The notes below the pieces were generated by a model. It did no database searches and had not been told where the DNA came from. It was given only the letters and a program-made list of their open reading frames with translations. A DNA stretch of 64,000 bases from positions 158,776 to 222,775 of the forward strand of contig JAJDCD010000012.1 of the NCBI GenBank assembly GCA_029261035.1, in the 5' to 3' direction. Position 1 is the stretch's first letter, and each line of letters starts with the position of its first letter. Shown one piece after another: positions 1 to 15,000 of this stretch. The DNA is from Candidatus Omnitrophota bacterium. GTDB taxonomy: Bacteria > Omnitrophota > Omnitrophia > Omnitrophales > JACROU01. The translations under genes were made by a program, and so were the position numbers.

Positions 1-3000
1 GTTGTTTTATAATTTCCTGTAAGACCGACAACATCCAACCCTGTTGAAAGAAGACTTGCCGCTAAAAATCCAAGAGGACCTGTTAATGTTCCTAAAGCAA
101 GAATAGATGCCGTTGTTACAGCTTGTGTGACTTCGTATGCTGCATTTAAAAACCCACCTCGAGATTGGATGATGTTTTTTCCTTCTTGGTGTTGAACGTT
201 CCATGTCGTCCAACCACTAATTGGAGTTGATTCTACGGGAGCACTTCCAGGTGCTGGTGGCAACTGACCTTTTGTATTGAATGGAATTTGAGCCATCTGT
301 TGTTGCTGAAAGTAGTCTTTTTTATCTTCACTGGAAACAAAAATTGCTCCAAGAGCTGGCGCAACAGAACCATTAAACCAGTTATTTTCTACTTCTGTGT
401 ATCCCAGAACAGCTCTACGCTCTCGATAAGATGTTTCTGTTAAATCATCACCAGTTGCATTGGCATTTTGAGGATTGGATCGAATAACATCTAAAGCATC
501 GGCTTGAGTATGCACTATTTGACCTGCTTTAGGGTGATCTTGTTGATTCCCTTCAGAGTCTGTCGTCTTAGCTGGATATCGAACCACCTCTCCATTGTGC
601 TTAAATGCTTGTAATGGGGGAACGACATTTCCTTTATGATCCCTTGTAACCTCTTCTGTTGCTTGTATTATAGTTCGTTGACCAAATTTATCAGAGCTCC
701 ATCCTCCAATTTGCTGATCAAATTCATTCATCACAGTAACACTCGTTTTCTCTATGGCGCTATCTGTCCCGTTAGGGTCAACTTCGCCATCTTCGTTATA
801 TTTAACTGCAGTAAAGTTCTGTCTAATAACAATTTTATTTCCTAAATCATCCACACTATTTGTTGTTAAGCTGACAGAACCATCAACAGCAAAACCTACA
901 CGCCCGACTACTTGCATTTTTCCGTCATCATCTGGTTTGTAAAAAGTCGTATTGACACTCCCGTCACTTCCTCTGCTTCGAATACCAACCGAGTCTTTAA
1001 TATCTTCAAAAGCACGATCTCTAAATCGACTACCTGTCTGATTGGACTCTCCACTTTCAGGATTAGCATAATCACTGAATAACTGTCGATAACTTTGTCC
1101 ACTGCCCAACCCTTCACCTTGACCCACAAAGAAAATAGTATCTCCAGATTTTGCAGGGACAAACGTAGGCTTATCACTACCATCCAAGAATAAGTTCACA
1201 CCCTGACGTTGCCACTCCCCATCAGAATCCTTATTATAAATAACTGATCCTTGAACCGTACTTTTCACTTTAGATGGATCTGACTGATCTCCTAATTCCA
1301 CTTGTACTTTTTCTGCAACCAAACGGGTCGTGGCAACAAAGGTACGAACACCTGCCGTATTAACAACATCCGAACCAATCAAAACTTCTCCTTGAGTCAC
1401 AATACTACCAACCATACGAGTATCCACAGAACTAAAGGTATAAACAACCTGTTTACCTTCGCTATCTTTTGTTTCAAGACGCGCTCCGGCTCTTAATGGA
1501 ATAAAGGTGTTCGTTCCAGCAGCATCCACACTTGTTTTAAGGTGAGTTCGGTTATTAATGGTAGAACCTACAAATTGATTATTTTGAATCACTATCCCAC
1601 CCAAGGTGCTTGTCGTAATCGTAGAACCTTTTGTTAAAGTCGTGGTAAATACATCCCCTGTATAGGTTCCTGTTTCATTCCCTTCATCATCTAGTGTTTT
1701 ATAAACTGTGTTGCCATTTTCATCCTGGGTTGCTCTTAATTTAACTCCATCCTTACCTTCATAACCGGTAATAAAATTATCACTCAAAACGGTTTGTGTC
1801 TTAGTTTTACTTCCAGGAACCGTTAATGTAATACCAAACACCGAACCCATTTGAATTTCACCAACAACCGTTCTCATCTGATTACCAGCATTATCGGTTT
1901 GAACCATTGCTCCAGAAATTAACTCCGTCTCACTCGTTTCATTACCATCTTCACCAATAACAGTCTTAATTTCAAAAACAGCGCCTTGCTCAAGCGTTAA
2001 ACTTCCACCTAGTTTATAATCATTGGATAATGCACGATGCCTTAATGTTTTAGAATCTACTGCAGAAATTTCTACTTTGTCACTAGTCATTGCACCACTA
2101 ATGAGACGGCCATCTCTCATCACAGAGCCTACTGCCATTTTAAACTTAGGAGACAGAATAGGGTTACCGTCTGCATCTAATTTAGGAGTACCATCTTCAT
2201 TTTTAAGAGGAACTCCACCTAATTCAATCCCATCACCTAAAAAAGTTTGTTCTGTATGTCTAGCACCATCGGAACCTTCATACTTCATTACATACATTCT
2301 TGTACTACCTTCTCCTTGCCAAATGCCTCCATCCACATGATTCATGGTGGTTTTTCCGTCTACCACATTAAACTCAACGACAGCGCCACCATCTAAGGTA
2401 ATACCACCTAACTCAATAGTTCCTAAATTAGCAGAATACGTAGTTTTAGTCGCTCCACCCTCCACAACTTCTTTAGAAGTACGTAACCCCGTTTTACTGT
2501 TATAACTTTCTCCAGTCGTTAATTGCCCATTCGTAACAATGGTTCCATCTTTATAAATCATGTTTCCAATTTGAGCATTGTCCTTAGTAATAGTTAAAGT
2601 ATCCGTAACCTCTCCGTTAGCACCTGCTTCTGTCACTTGAACAAAACCAATAGCTTCGTTGGTCTTAATCATTTTCCCACTAATCAGTTTCCCACCAACA
2701 AGTGTCGTGTTTTCTAATAATTGAGTCACAGTTCCGTCAGCACCTTCAATTTTAAAGTACTTGGTATAGGTCGTTGTACGAACAGTCGTTAATTCTCCCG
2801 TTTCATTACTAACTCGTTTTGTTGCTGTTGTAACAATACCCGTATTTTTATCCACCAATTTACCTTCAATCAAAACTCCATTTCTAAACACAGGTGTTTT
2901 TCCATTTTCTCCTCGTTCCAAAAAGACACCATCTCTAATTTCTGCTTTATCAACACCATCCAACAACTTCATCGTTTGTTCTGTCACACCATCTATCGTG

Positions 3001-6000
3001 TTATATATTTGACGAATTCCTTTTTTCTCGTTAACAACTTCTCCATTTGTAATTAAATCATTCACCATCTTAAGGCCTGCAGAATAAACCAAACCAGCCG
3101 CCTCGTTCTTTACTTCTCTTAATGTCGTGTTAATTTTGTATCCATTGCTAATCTCATTTCTCCACCCATTCACTTCATCCACAACCAAACCTTCCACCAT
3201 ACGACCACGCCAGAATGTTGTTCCTGCATCTGTTGTTATATTCCTAAGTACACCATCTACTTTACTGCGTCTTTGTTCTACCTTTTGAACCAATTGCTGA
3301 GTGTAAATAACTTTTCCAGCCGAATCCAAATGAACTTCCCCACCATCTTTAGTTACTGTAATGGTTCCAGATTTTTTACCTTCTGCATCGTATTGAAATT
3401 CGGAGGTTTGTCCTAAACCGCCCCCTTGGGTCGTTGATGTTCTTCGAAGAACCAATTCTCTCTGACCATCCTTTTCTTTGCCCACAGCTTCTCTTAACTG
3501 AGTCTCACGAACTGTTTTTATTTCCTTAACCTGTTTTCCCCCAATGTTATGAACCTCAACAACACGTCGAGCACTCGAAGTCTCTTCAGCCAACTTATTA
3601 CCACTATCCATATCATAAAGAGAGTTAACCGTAGTTCCGTTTGTTTTAACAATCTTAGAAGCTCTGCCATTCTGCATATCCCACCAAGACTTAAAGGAGG
3701 TTCGTGTGCCATCATCGGCTAAAATATTATGAGCTTCTTTTGCTCTATCAAAGAAGTCATCACTTGGAGGTTTGTTACCCGCAGTTGCTTCCTCATACTT
3801 TTTGCTAGCTTCAACCATTTTTGTAATGTAATTATTTACTTCTTCAAACATTACGTCATAATTCCCTCCAGAAGAAGTATTTTGAAATGCTCCTCCCTCA
3901 TAATCCATAGAACCTTTCAAACGTCTTTGTTCTGCTTCAATTAATCTCGTAAGCGCAGATCCGTCATTTCCTAAATCTGCCCCATGATTATGGTGGTCCA
4001 TATGATCCGGAGAACCGCACTGCGCTGGAGCTTTATGCGTGTAGCTTTTAACTTCTTTAATAACCCTTCTGCTTACAAAATCATTATCCAACTCTCTTTC
4101 GAACATTTTTTTCAAAGTAGTTTCTAATGTCTCTTTCATATCTTTAAATCGATCTACCACTCCATTGTTCAATCGAGCACCGTTAATTCTCTCAACTTCG
4201 TAAGCTTCCGTACGAGTCTGTGTATCTCGATCGTAAGTACTTCTCTGTCCCACTTTCCATTTAGAGCGGTAAGCAGTATATATAGTCGTGTCTTCATAAA
4301 TCTTTTTCATTAAGGTAGCAAGCTTTGCTGTATCTAAATCTGAAGCTTTTGATTTTTGAAAAGGGATATTGTTTAACTTTTCGCCCGTAAGAATCTCTTC
4401 TGTTTGGACATCACTATGAAAACGAACTCGAGAAGGTAAAATCTGAAGAGGATCCCAATCGCCAAAACGGTAAATAACTGTTTCATCCTGAACCAACTTA
4501 AAGTCTTGTTTAAACATATCTTCCCAGAGGTGCGCCATCTGATAAGTCTTTACATCTTTTTTAAATTCATCTACTTTAATTGGAGATGGCCATTTTTTAA
4601 TATATTCCAAAACTTTATTTCTCTCATATTTATCTTGTTCATAGGTAAATCCATCTTTCTCATAACTTCTATTTAAGATTTCATTCCCTTCTTGCTTTAA
4701 ATCTTCTTCTACAACCTCTGCAATAAGATCTGCTCTTTCATAAGCACTCATTTCATACCAGCTTTTCTTGGCTTCAACACGAGCAACAAACCTAATGTTA
4801 ATATCAAGCGCTGATAACTCATTCAAATCAACATCTGTAATGTTTGGGACTACTTCTCTTAAATGTTTTCTAGACGCTTTAATAAGAGCATTTCTATCCG
4901 CATCAATCAGCTTATCAATCTCTTCATTTACATATTTATCCATTGCATCGTCTACATATTTTTTCTTAATGATCAGCACATCTGTTTGTCCAACAGCGTC
5001 ATCTCTTTGTCGAACAGCATCATCAATTTGCTCTTGCGTGGAATTAGGATCATTCATAATACGTTGCAACTCTGCTTCTGCTTCGTTTTCTCCCCAAGCA
5101 TCAAAAAGTTTGGCTTTAATCTCATTGTAGTGATTATCATTTATAACAGTGTCCACAACACCTTCTTGAAACTCTGAAAAATCAAAATATTCGTGATTAA
5201 ATTTATCTCTTTCAACTTTAATTCCACGATCCGCTCCCATAAAACCTTCGTCTGTCTGAAAATCAATCCCACCGATCCCTTCTTCTATTTTATTGACTAA
5301 ATTCATCATACGACTAAACGACCCACCACCGCGTCCATCCGTATCCAAAATATCCTTAGTTGTAGGAAATGAAAGCGTTGTATCCTTTGTTGTTTCTGTA
5401 TAAGTACCATCCTCATTACGTCTATCTCCATAATATTGGCTATACCGTGGAGGCTCCCCAGTCATAATCCGTTCTTTTTCGTAAATTTTAAGAGGAGGAG
5501 TAGGCCCGTCTTGATATCTGTTTTCTTTATACTCATCGTATTTCTCTTCTGCACTTTTAAATACACCTCCCATACTGGTCATATCTAATTCAGGGGTGTA
5601 ACCTCCAGACATACTATAAAGTGAACGGCCATAATAATAGCCTGCATATTTGATAGGGTCGTCAGAAGTTCTATTCTTAGCAAGAATGCTTTCTGCCAAT
5701 GTTTTCATTTGAGGTTCGATCGTTGACTTTTGTTGCTTAATCCAATCTTTGTACGTATCAGCAGCATCACTAATCTTTCCTAAAGCTCCGTCCATCCCTG
5801 AAGATCCAACCAAAGCTTCATGTATTTGTTCAAATGCATCTCTGGATTTTTGAAATGCCTCTTGATAAGCTGCTTCTGTTTCATCCACAAATGTGGTGTA
5901 AGCTTCTCTAAATTCGTCTTGAGCTTTTTTATCAATTTCTTGTTTTGCATTTCGAATGGCATCTAACTGAGCAACAAACGTCTCTTCAATACCTTCTCTT

Positions 6001-9000
6001 TTCTCTTTCTCTTCTTTAAACATATCTTCTAAGGCTGTTTTAGCATCTTCTTGTTCTTGTTTTACTTTTGCTATTGCTGCATCCGTAGCATCCGCAAATG
6101 CTCTTTGCGCTGTTTTCCAAGCTGTTGTAATCCCATTCATGGTGCTTGCATAGTCTTGCTGAAATTGGCTTACTGCAGCTTCATAAATAGACTTTTCAGA
6201 GTTGATACTTGCAAGAAAGGTAGCTTCATCTTGATCTTCTAAGAATTGATTAAGAGCCACTCGCAAAGCTTCATCATAAGCTGTTTTAGCTTCAAAAATA
6301 CCATCGGTGTATTCCTGCTGAGCATTATCCCAACCTCTACGCGTTTTTTGTTCCTCCTGCTCTAGCGCAACTCTTGCTGTTCCTTTCAGTTTATTTTGAA
6401 GCTCTAAAGACAACTCTCTATTAGGGAACTCTTCTCTAAAATCTTGTATTTCTTTCTGAACATCTGGGTCTCCACCCATCACTTCGTAGTAGTCTTTCAT
6501 AGAGGCTTCAATTTGATAATCGTAATCCTGCAAAGCTCTATTAAAGGCTTGGTCACTCTCTCTAATCGCATCATATCTTGCTGTAACAGCATCATTAACC
6601 CATCTACTTTCATTAAAAGTATCATCAGCTCCAAGTTCATCCAAAACATCTCTCTCTTCCTGACTCAGAAGACCTCTAATTTCACTCATATCTGCCAAAG
6701 CATACCGTCTTTTGTATTGAGCAACAGGACCACCCTCATTCTCACCAAATCCATTCTCCCAAAAAGCTGCCGATAATTCGTCCGCCGCTAAAAGTTTCTT
6801 CTCATTCAGCATTCCAACCTGGTCTCCCCGTTCATGCAACCCTCTAAAGAATTTAGAAAAATCTAAAGCACTTCTTTTGTTAGGTGTGTAAGGTGCCATC
6901 CATCGTTCTACCGTCTCATTAACACTCAGTGGTGGCTCTTGCTTAGGATCGAATAAGAAAAATTTATCCCCATCATGTTCAAAAGAAATGGCAGCATCAA
7001 ATGCATCAAAATAGTCTTTGGTTTTGCTTGGTGTATAAGAGTAAGTGCCATCCTCATTTCGAACTTTCTTACCTAAACGCTCTTCTACGTAATCATTGTA
7101 AAGCTCTCTCATTTGTTCCCGTTCATCTGCCCCTGTGGTAGTTGTTCCTGAGGACGTAGGAGTATCAAAAGGAAAGCCAGAAAATGTACTACCAAACAAT
7201 TGAGTTCCTCTTAATGTTGAGCCTGTATCTGTTATAGATCCACTACCATACTGACTCACACTTTGAGTATAAAAAGGACTGTCCACTTCTTGTAGAAAGC
7301 TTTCCAAAGAATCTCTCTCTAAAGATAAGAACTGTGCGTAACGGTCAGAATCATTAAATAATTCTCTATCAAAAAATTCTTGGGTTTTAACTACATTCTT
7401 AGTAATTTGTTCCATAAAATCATTACTTCTCATATCCATTTCTGCTGCATTTTGAAGATAATCATCTAACACCATAGGATTCATTCCCGTTGTAATTCCT
7501 AACCCACCTGTAAAACTCCTAGACTCCCCATCCCAACGATCTTGGTTTGGATAAGTAGGAGCAACAAAACCACTACCAGCAACACCCGCATAAAGAACTA
7601 GGGTTGGAGGAGAAATTTGAATCATACCGCCACTATGGAAATAATCTCCTCGCTGATCTTTTAACCATGCTCTTAAATTTTCTTCCGTACGATTACGATA
7701 ATCAATAGAAGTCATATTCATCACATCAGCAAATTGAGCACTGTCTACATTCCATTTCTGCTCTGCGTCAGCAAGAGCTATCTCTCTCAAATGAACGGCT
7801 TCGGCTACTTTCTCTTGGTATGCTACAAGCTCTTTTTCCCATGTCGTTTCAACAGCTACGAGCTGATCCATCATATCTTTGTCTAAAGTAGCTATTGTTT
7901 CTTTAGAATCTGCTTCTGCCTGAGCTCTCTGAATTTCATAATCTTCAATAGCCTGTTTTGGTTGATGTGTTGTTTGTGATGTATTCGCTGCTGTTAAAAA
8001 GTCTTGAAGGGTCGTTTCGTACTGGCTAAAGGTGGCATTGGAATCGCTTGAACGATCATCTCCGAGCAACAGATCTACGCCTAGAGAACCTGCTTGCTCA
8101 GATAAGATTTCAACATAATGATCTAAAAATGATCTTCTATCATCCGACTGCATTCTTGCATCAAAATCTGCTTGAGAAATAGGTGATTGAGAGCCTGCTG
8201 CAGAAACAAAGGTTTGAACGACTCCTTGTAAAGCAGAATAATACTGAGACAACTTACTTTCTAAGGTATCCTCAAGAGTTAGAAGAGCTCCCTCAAGAGC
8301 TTTCTCCTGTGTAGCTCGCTGAACAGAAAAATTCTTTTCTATCTCTGTTTTAGCTTCGAAGTAAACTTGTCTTTTTGGGTCCAGATCTAAATCCAGTTGA
8401 ATTCGAGCCGCATTATAATTATCTGCAGCACTTTTTTTATCTTTCTCATAATCAATAATTGCTTGTTCCATCTTTAAAATTACAGGGTCTCGAGCTGTAT
8501 GGTATTCTTTATCAGAAAATAGTTGATAATTTTCAAAGTGAGATTTGTATCGTGCTAGCGAATCATCAGCATCCGCTTTAGCATCATTCCAAACGTCCAT
8601 AATGTCATCAAAGCGATTCGAAATACCATCATACTCCTTACTATCAACCATATCTGAAGCTGCCGCTTTCAAATCTGCCCAACGACTATCTCTGGAAACT
8701 TTAAAATTGTCTGCCTCACCCGTTCCCGTACCCATCATTTCATCTTTTACTCTATTAAGTCGATCTGTAGTGTTATCTATTAATGCTTCTACTTTTTCCA
8801 TATAGGCATCAATCATTTCATCAGAAGCCGTATCTAACTGAGCTTGTGTTGTCGTCTGTAAATTTAAAACATTCTGAGCAAGGTCCAGATCAGCAGTCTT
8901 AGAGTCAGCTTTTACTTTATCTGCAATTGCTTCTTTAGCAGCTCTTGCTGAAATAGATTGCCCTGTTTCAACCCACTTAATATTTCTTCCTGAAGGTGGT

Positions 9001-12000
9001 GTTGGGCGTGACTCTCCTATAATAAAATTCATAGCACTTTGAGCCATACTTACCATTTGAGTATAATTAGCCGCTTTTATATTGTTTCTTTTTTCTGTAT
9101 CCGTTTCACCATCATACATACTCGCTTCAAACTCACTTACCCATTGCGAAACAGATTTTCCACCAGGTTTATAACGTGTTCTTTCATGAGGTTGATAGGC
9201 TTCAACTTCTGAATTCCAACGATATGAAGTCCTTTCTTTTGATGCATACGCATTTAATTGCCCTAAAGCATAATCATAAAGGGCTATATAAGCAGCACGA
9301 TGGGTGTTGTGGTGACCTGTTAATGTAGTTTCAAAGCTATTAATTGCTGTTTCAACTTTGGCTTTGTTTGCACGATAATCTTTGACGAAATGTCCATCCG
9401 TTCCTTCTAAAGCTGGATCCAAAAAGTCAGGGTCATCTAATGCAATAGCATCTTCGTAAAAATTCTCAATATTATGAGGTTGATACAATTCTTTCAAATC
9501 GGTTGTGTGCTTTTTTAAATTCTCAAAGAGTTCCACCGTTCTCTTTCTTTGAACTAATATACGCTCCTTTACTTTTAACATATCCTTAGCATGCTCTAAA
9601 TCTCGAAGTAAAGGACTGCTGTCATCTCTATCGGAGGCTTGGTCATACAAAGCTTGTCTTTGTTCTACGATTTGTTTCGCTACATTGTAATCATGTTCTG
9701 CAAGAAACTTCTTCGCTGCCAAACCACGTATATCCAACTTACGAAGAACCATCATTCCAGCATCCACTTCTTCAAATGAGATATCATTCCAACTTTTATC
9801 TGAAATATCTTCAGCAAACTCTGCAGCTTGCCCCGGTTCTGCGCCGGCAGTCCCTTCTAATGCTTTTAAGTCTTTTTTAGCATTTGTGAGATCAAACTCT
9901 GCAGCTTTCACCGCTAACTCAGCTGCTGCAACAGCATCCCCCTCTGCCACTTTCAATTGATCTCTCGCATTTTTTAAAGCAATTTCTTTTGCTCGAATCA
10001 CTTCTCTCAAAGCAGCTCCCTGCCGACCCGACAAAGCTGCTTTTGCTGCTGTCATTGCTTGTTGAGCACGAGCCAAATCATCCCGATTATTCCCTTCAAG
10101 ATAATTACGAACATCATCATAATATTTTTCTGCAGATTTTAAGTTAGTTGCTAAATTCTCAGCAAAAACATCTTTATCTTGGAAAGAATTGATTGCTACA
10201 AAAAGCCGTCCTTCATCTTTTCTGAAATTCTCATGCGCTGTAACCACTTTAGATGTTTCTTTATAGAGTTTCTCCATGGTGGCATGTTCACGAATGCGAT
10301 TCGTAATCGCTTTAACAAATGCATTTTTCGCCTGAACAGGCATCACCAATTTAGGAGGAGGATCTTGAGATAAATACCTCGCGTTTTCAGCCATTTGATC
10401 CGTTAAACCTGTAAAATTCTTTAGATGAGGTGGAATGAATTTATATATTTCTGCTGTAGGACCAGCTGCACCAACCTGATAAGCAGCAAAGAGTTTGTGA
10501 ATTTGCGACATTGTTGGATCGTAGTTTGATTCTGTGTCCTTTTGATTTGCTGTGGCCTGCAAAGCAGCTGCGTCATTTCTTAACTCTACCGCTTCAGCTT
10601 CTTTCTTTACAGCAAATGCCTCTAACTCTTGGACTCGCTTCAACATATCTTGAGTCGGCTGACTTAAAGCGCTCAATTCGGAATTCGCTTTTACTGCAGA
10701 AGCTCGAGCTTCTGCTGCTGCTTCCTCTGCCACTTCCGCAGAAGTAATAGCCACATCCGCTTGATGCTGAGCTGAAGTCAAACTAAAGGTTTGATATGGA
10801 AGCTCTCCATCTAAGATGACGCTAGAAGGATCTCTGAAATTCGCATTTCTTGGATCTATATCATCCAAGAGTGACCCATCTCCTCTTTCATCAATAATAT
10901 CCTCAAAAGTTCCATCGGACATAATTGCAATTTGTTTTAAAACTTTTCTTGCCGAAATAACTGGCTGTCCATCCTCATCAAATTGATCTTCCAAATACCA
11001 TATCTCACCCTTAATTCCTGATGGATTCGTCCAAACAATTTTTCCGTTTGGAGTCATTGTTTCTCCATTTTGATAGAAAAGTTCATCTTGGGCCAAATTA
11101 GCTGTTCCAGCTACTCTGAAATCAGTAATCTCATCTCCTTCTTGAGGAGGTGGTGCATTCGCAGGAGAATTTGTATCTTTAATGTATTGCAAGGTCCAAC
11201 CATTTTTTAAACGCGCTGTCGTAACAGACCCAACAGAAGGCTGAAAACCCAATTGATTTCCTGCACCATCATAGTAAACCTCATTACCATCAAAATAAGC
11301 TGTTTTTAATGTAATGTTGCCACGATCATCTTTTTCATATTTATATTCATAAACTTTTGGTAAAGCTATGATAGAACCTATCTGAGTCCCTTCTGTAGGA
11401 GCCTCAGAAGGTACTGCTTCTTGATTTTGCAAAACTTGAAGAGCTGCACCATCATAAACTTCTGATTTAACCAAATCACCAGCATCATCATAATGATTAA
11501 CCGTTCTAGAAGCCCCATTAGGTCCTCCAGAAGAGTTATCAATCATTTTTACAAGCAACCCTTCTTCTCTAAAATATTCAAATTCGTGTGTAACACCATT
11601 TGCAATAGAAAGTGTCATATCTCCCTTTTCATCATATTCGATATGGCTTTCTAAGGTTTCTTCCTGTTGCGTGACTGGGTTGACCTGAACAGCAGTTCCA
11701 TCGACAATAGTTTTTAAAATTTTACCTTTAGGATCATCGTCTTCTCTTTCGTAAGTGTATTTCATTACAGAACCATCAGGACGGTTAACTTCTTTAATTG
11801 TTGTGTCCGAGTTAAATATGGTAACAGTTCCTAAAGTTGTTCTATCTTCTGGGAAAAATGGATCTTCTGTGATTTCAGAACGTTTAAACGCTTTTCCTTC
11901 ATCGTCAATACCGTAAGTCCAAGAAGTCACAATCCCTCGTCCATCAATGTTTTTAGTTAACTTTCCTTCAACATCGAATTCTTGAGCATTCATCGTTCCG

Positions 12001-15000
12001 ACCAACTCAGGGCGATCTGACTTAACCGTTCTAGCAATTTTCCCAATCACATTGCCGACCGCATCCGTTATATTTTGGTATTCAATACGATTGTTATCAT
12101 CTTCAAAAACAAGGAGATTATTGGTGATGGGGTCAAATTCTTTGGTGATGGTATTGTCTTCGAGGTGATCGATTTGCTTGATTAAATTTCCGTAAGAATC
12201 AAATACCTGCTCTACTTCTGCTTTTCCTTGGTCATCTTCAACGCTAACAAGCTCTCCATCCGATCCAAATTCTCGAATGATAGTGGATGCTGCAACGTTA
12301 GCCAACCCAACAAAGCCAGCAGATAGTGCTTGTTGCGCGACTTCATCTCCCAATCCTTTAAATAAGAAGTCGCCTTTGGCTTCAGGAGAATCCTCTGGTG
12401 GCGCTCTAACATTAGGTTGATCATCTAAAATTCCGTCTGGTTCTGAAATTTCGGGTGGCAATAAAGAAGATTCTGGGATTTCGGGAATGTCAAAAAGCTG
12501 AACTACAGGCGCTGAAGAAAAGTCAGAAACATCCAAAACCCCGCTAGGACCACCTAGCCCTAAAGGACTAATAACAGAAGGTGCTCCAATTGCTTGAAAA
12601 TCAGCTAGAATCGATTCTGCTGACTGCCCTCCTTCAACATCTAATACGGATAAGTTAACTGCGCTAGTAGAGTCCGCAATATGTTTACCCCACTGTGTTG
12701 GTGAGCCAATATTTAAAAATTGAAGGTTGGCAGCCGTTTGTATGACTTCCGCCCATTCTTCAGGGGTGTTCATATTAGGATAAGGTCCAATGATAGACGA
12801 CAAATTATTATTAATAATGGAAACGATTTGTGATTTTTGGTTTCCTGCTTCACTGACTGCCTTTAATAGTCCTCTTGCTTGAGTAATATTTTGAATCCCC
12901 CCTGAATTTCCATAATATCCTGGAGTTCCAAAAATCTGATCTTTACTGACACCTGCACTCAAAAGCTCTATTGCAATAGCAACACCTTCCCCTTTGTCAT
13001 AACGTAAGCTATCCAGAATACCCGCAATTTGTTTAAACGTGTTTCCTCTTTGTTCATAATAATTATAAATATTATTCGAACTGTCTGTAGGATCTTCATA
13101 GTCATATTGATATACAGAGCCATAATAATTTGTTTTTGCTGTCAACTGCCCTTTAGGAATATAATTTAATGATAGTAATTGGGAATTAAATGCAGCCTTG
13201 AACAAGTCTGTCGCTTCGCTCAACTCCCCACCAACATGCTCTAGATAACTATTAAGCATCTCGTTCAAATCAACAACGCGAGAATCTTCCAAAGCTCCAC
13301 TTTCATCTAAAAGCACGTCATAAAGTTGCTCTAACTCTAAAGTCTGATCAAAAATCATCACAGCCAGCAAAGAAACTCCCGCACTCACTAGTTGATTAAT
13401 AGATTCAGCTGAAATAATATTGTTTTGAACTTTATCTGAAATTAAATTTAATGTACTTTCTAAATCTAAACTTGAATGCATTTGAGCCATTGACTGAGCA
13501 GCGCTAACAAACGAAGCCGAAATACCCAAAGCAGCCAAATTATCTACTTTTTCTTTCATTACAGGATCCGAAATAAGTGCATGCATTGAATTTAAAGCAT
13601 CGATACTACTGATAGAAGAAAGATCTACGTCCTGAACAGCTAAATCAACAACCTTACTGACAACAGCATCCCATTCTTCTTCTGTGGAAGGGTCAGGATA
13701 TCTTCCAACAATATTAAACATGTTGTCTTTCAAGGCTGTAACTACTTTGTCTTTGTTTTCACCTGCTGCTTGAATTGCCTTTAAATAAGAAGCCATTTGT
13801 TCAACCGCCCCAACGTCATCCCCTGAGCTCCTACCATATCGATCTAATGTTCCAAACAAAAATTGAATATCAACACCCTCAGCAACAAATTGAGACAAGA
13901 CATTTACAGCGTCCCCTTCCTCATTTCTAAAATTATTAGAAAAATAATTTAAGAAAAGGTCTGCTTTTTCTTTTCTATCACCATAATAGTCATCCGTGTA
14001 ATCAGGATCTCCTGATTGTCCATAAGTGTAATTATAAACACTGCCGTAATAATTCGTATTAGCTGTTAATAAAGATGGATCAATAAAACCTTCAAACAAA
14101 GAATTTTCGAGTAAATTCTTAAATCCAGCTATTGCTGCATCAAGCCCCTCTCCAGCATTACCCTCCATGAAACCACTGACAATTGTATTAAATTTATCTT
14201 TACGATAACGATCAAAAGAACCATTCGTATTTTTAATCACATCCATAATTTTATTGAGCTCTAAATCAGAACCAAAAACCATCATGACTTGAGCGCTCAA
14301 CCCTGCTGTATTCGCCTGATCTAAAATATCTGAGGTTAAATCTCCATTTTGTAATTTAGTCATTAAATCTGTAAGAACAGCTGCTTTATCTATTCCCTCT
14401 GTTCCTCCAATACCAGCAACCATAGCCATAGATATTCCGGCATTTAAAGCATTTTCTGTTACTGTTTTTAAGTTGGGATCCGAAAGCAAGGCATTCATTG
14501 CTGATAACTGATCAGTACTTGTAATAGCATCTAAAGAAAAGTTTTGCGCCACCAACCCTGCCGCATCATTAACCACACTCAACCAATCTTCAACGGTTCT
14601 TTGTGATGGGTAACGACCAACAATAGTACTAATATTATTCTCTATTACTGTTATAACCGCTTCTAGATTATCTCCTGCGTTATTTAACGCCTGAATATAA
14701 GCTTGCATTTGCACTGTAGACTTCAAACCATCCCCTAATGTGCGTCCATACTGATCCAAACCACCAATCACTTTATCTAAATCAATGCCCAAATCATTCA
14801 ATTGAGCCATCAACTCCAACCCTTCTCCCTGATCATATCTTAATGTACTACTGGTAAGTAAAAAGAATCGATTTGCAATATTTTTTCGGTGAGTAAAATA
14901 GTTTTCTATATACCCTTCTTCTCCTTGAGTTCCATAACTATAATGACTAAAACTTCCATAATAGTTTGTTTCTGCCGTTAACTGATCAACAGGAATATAC

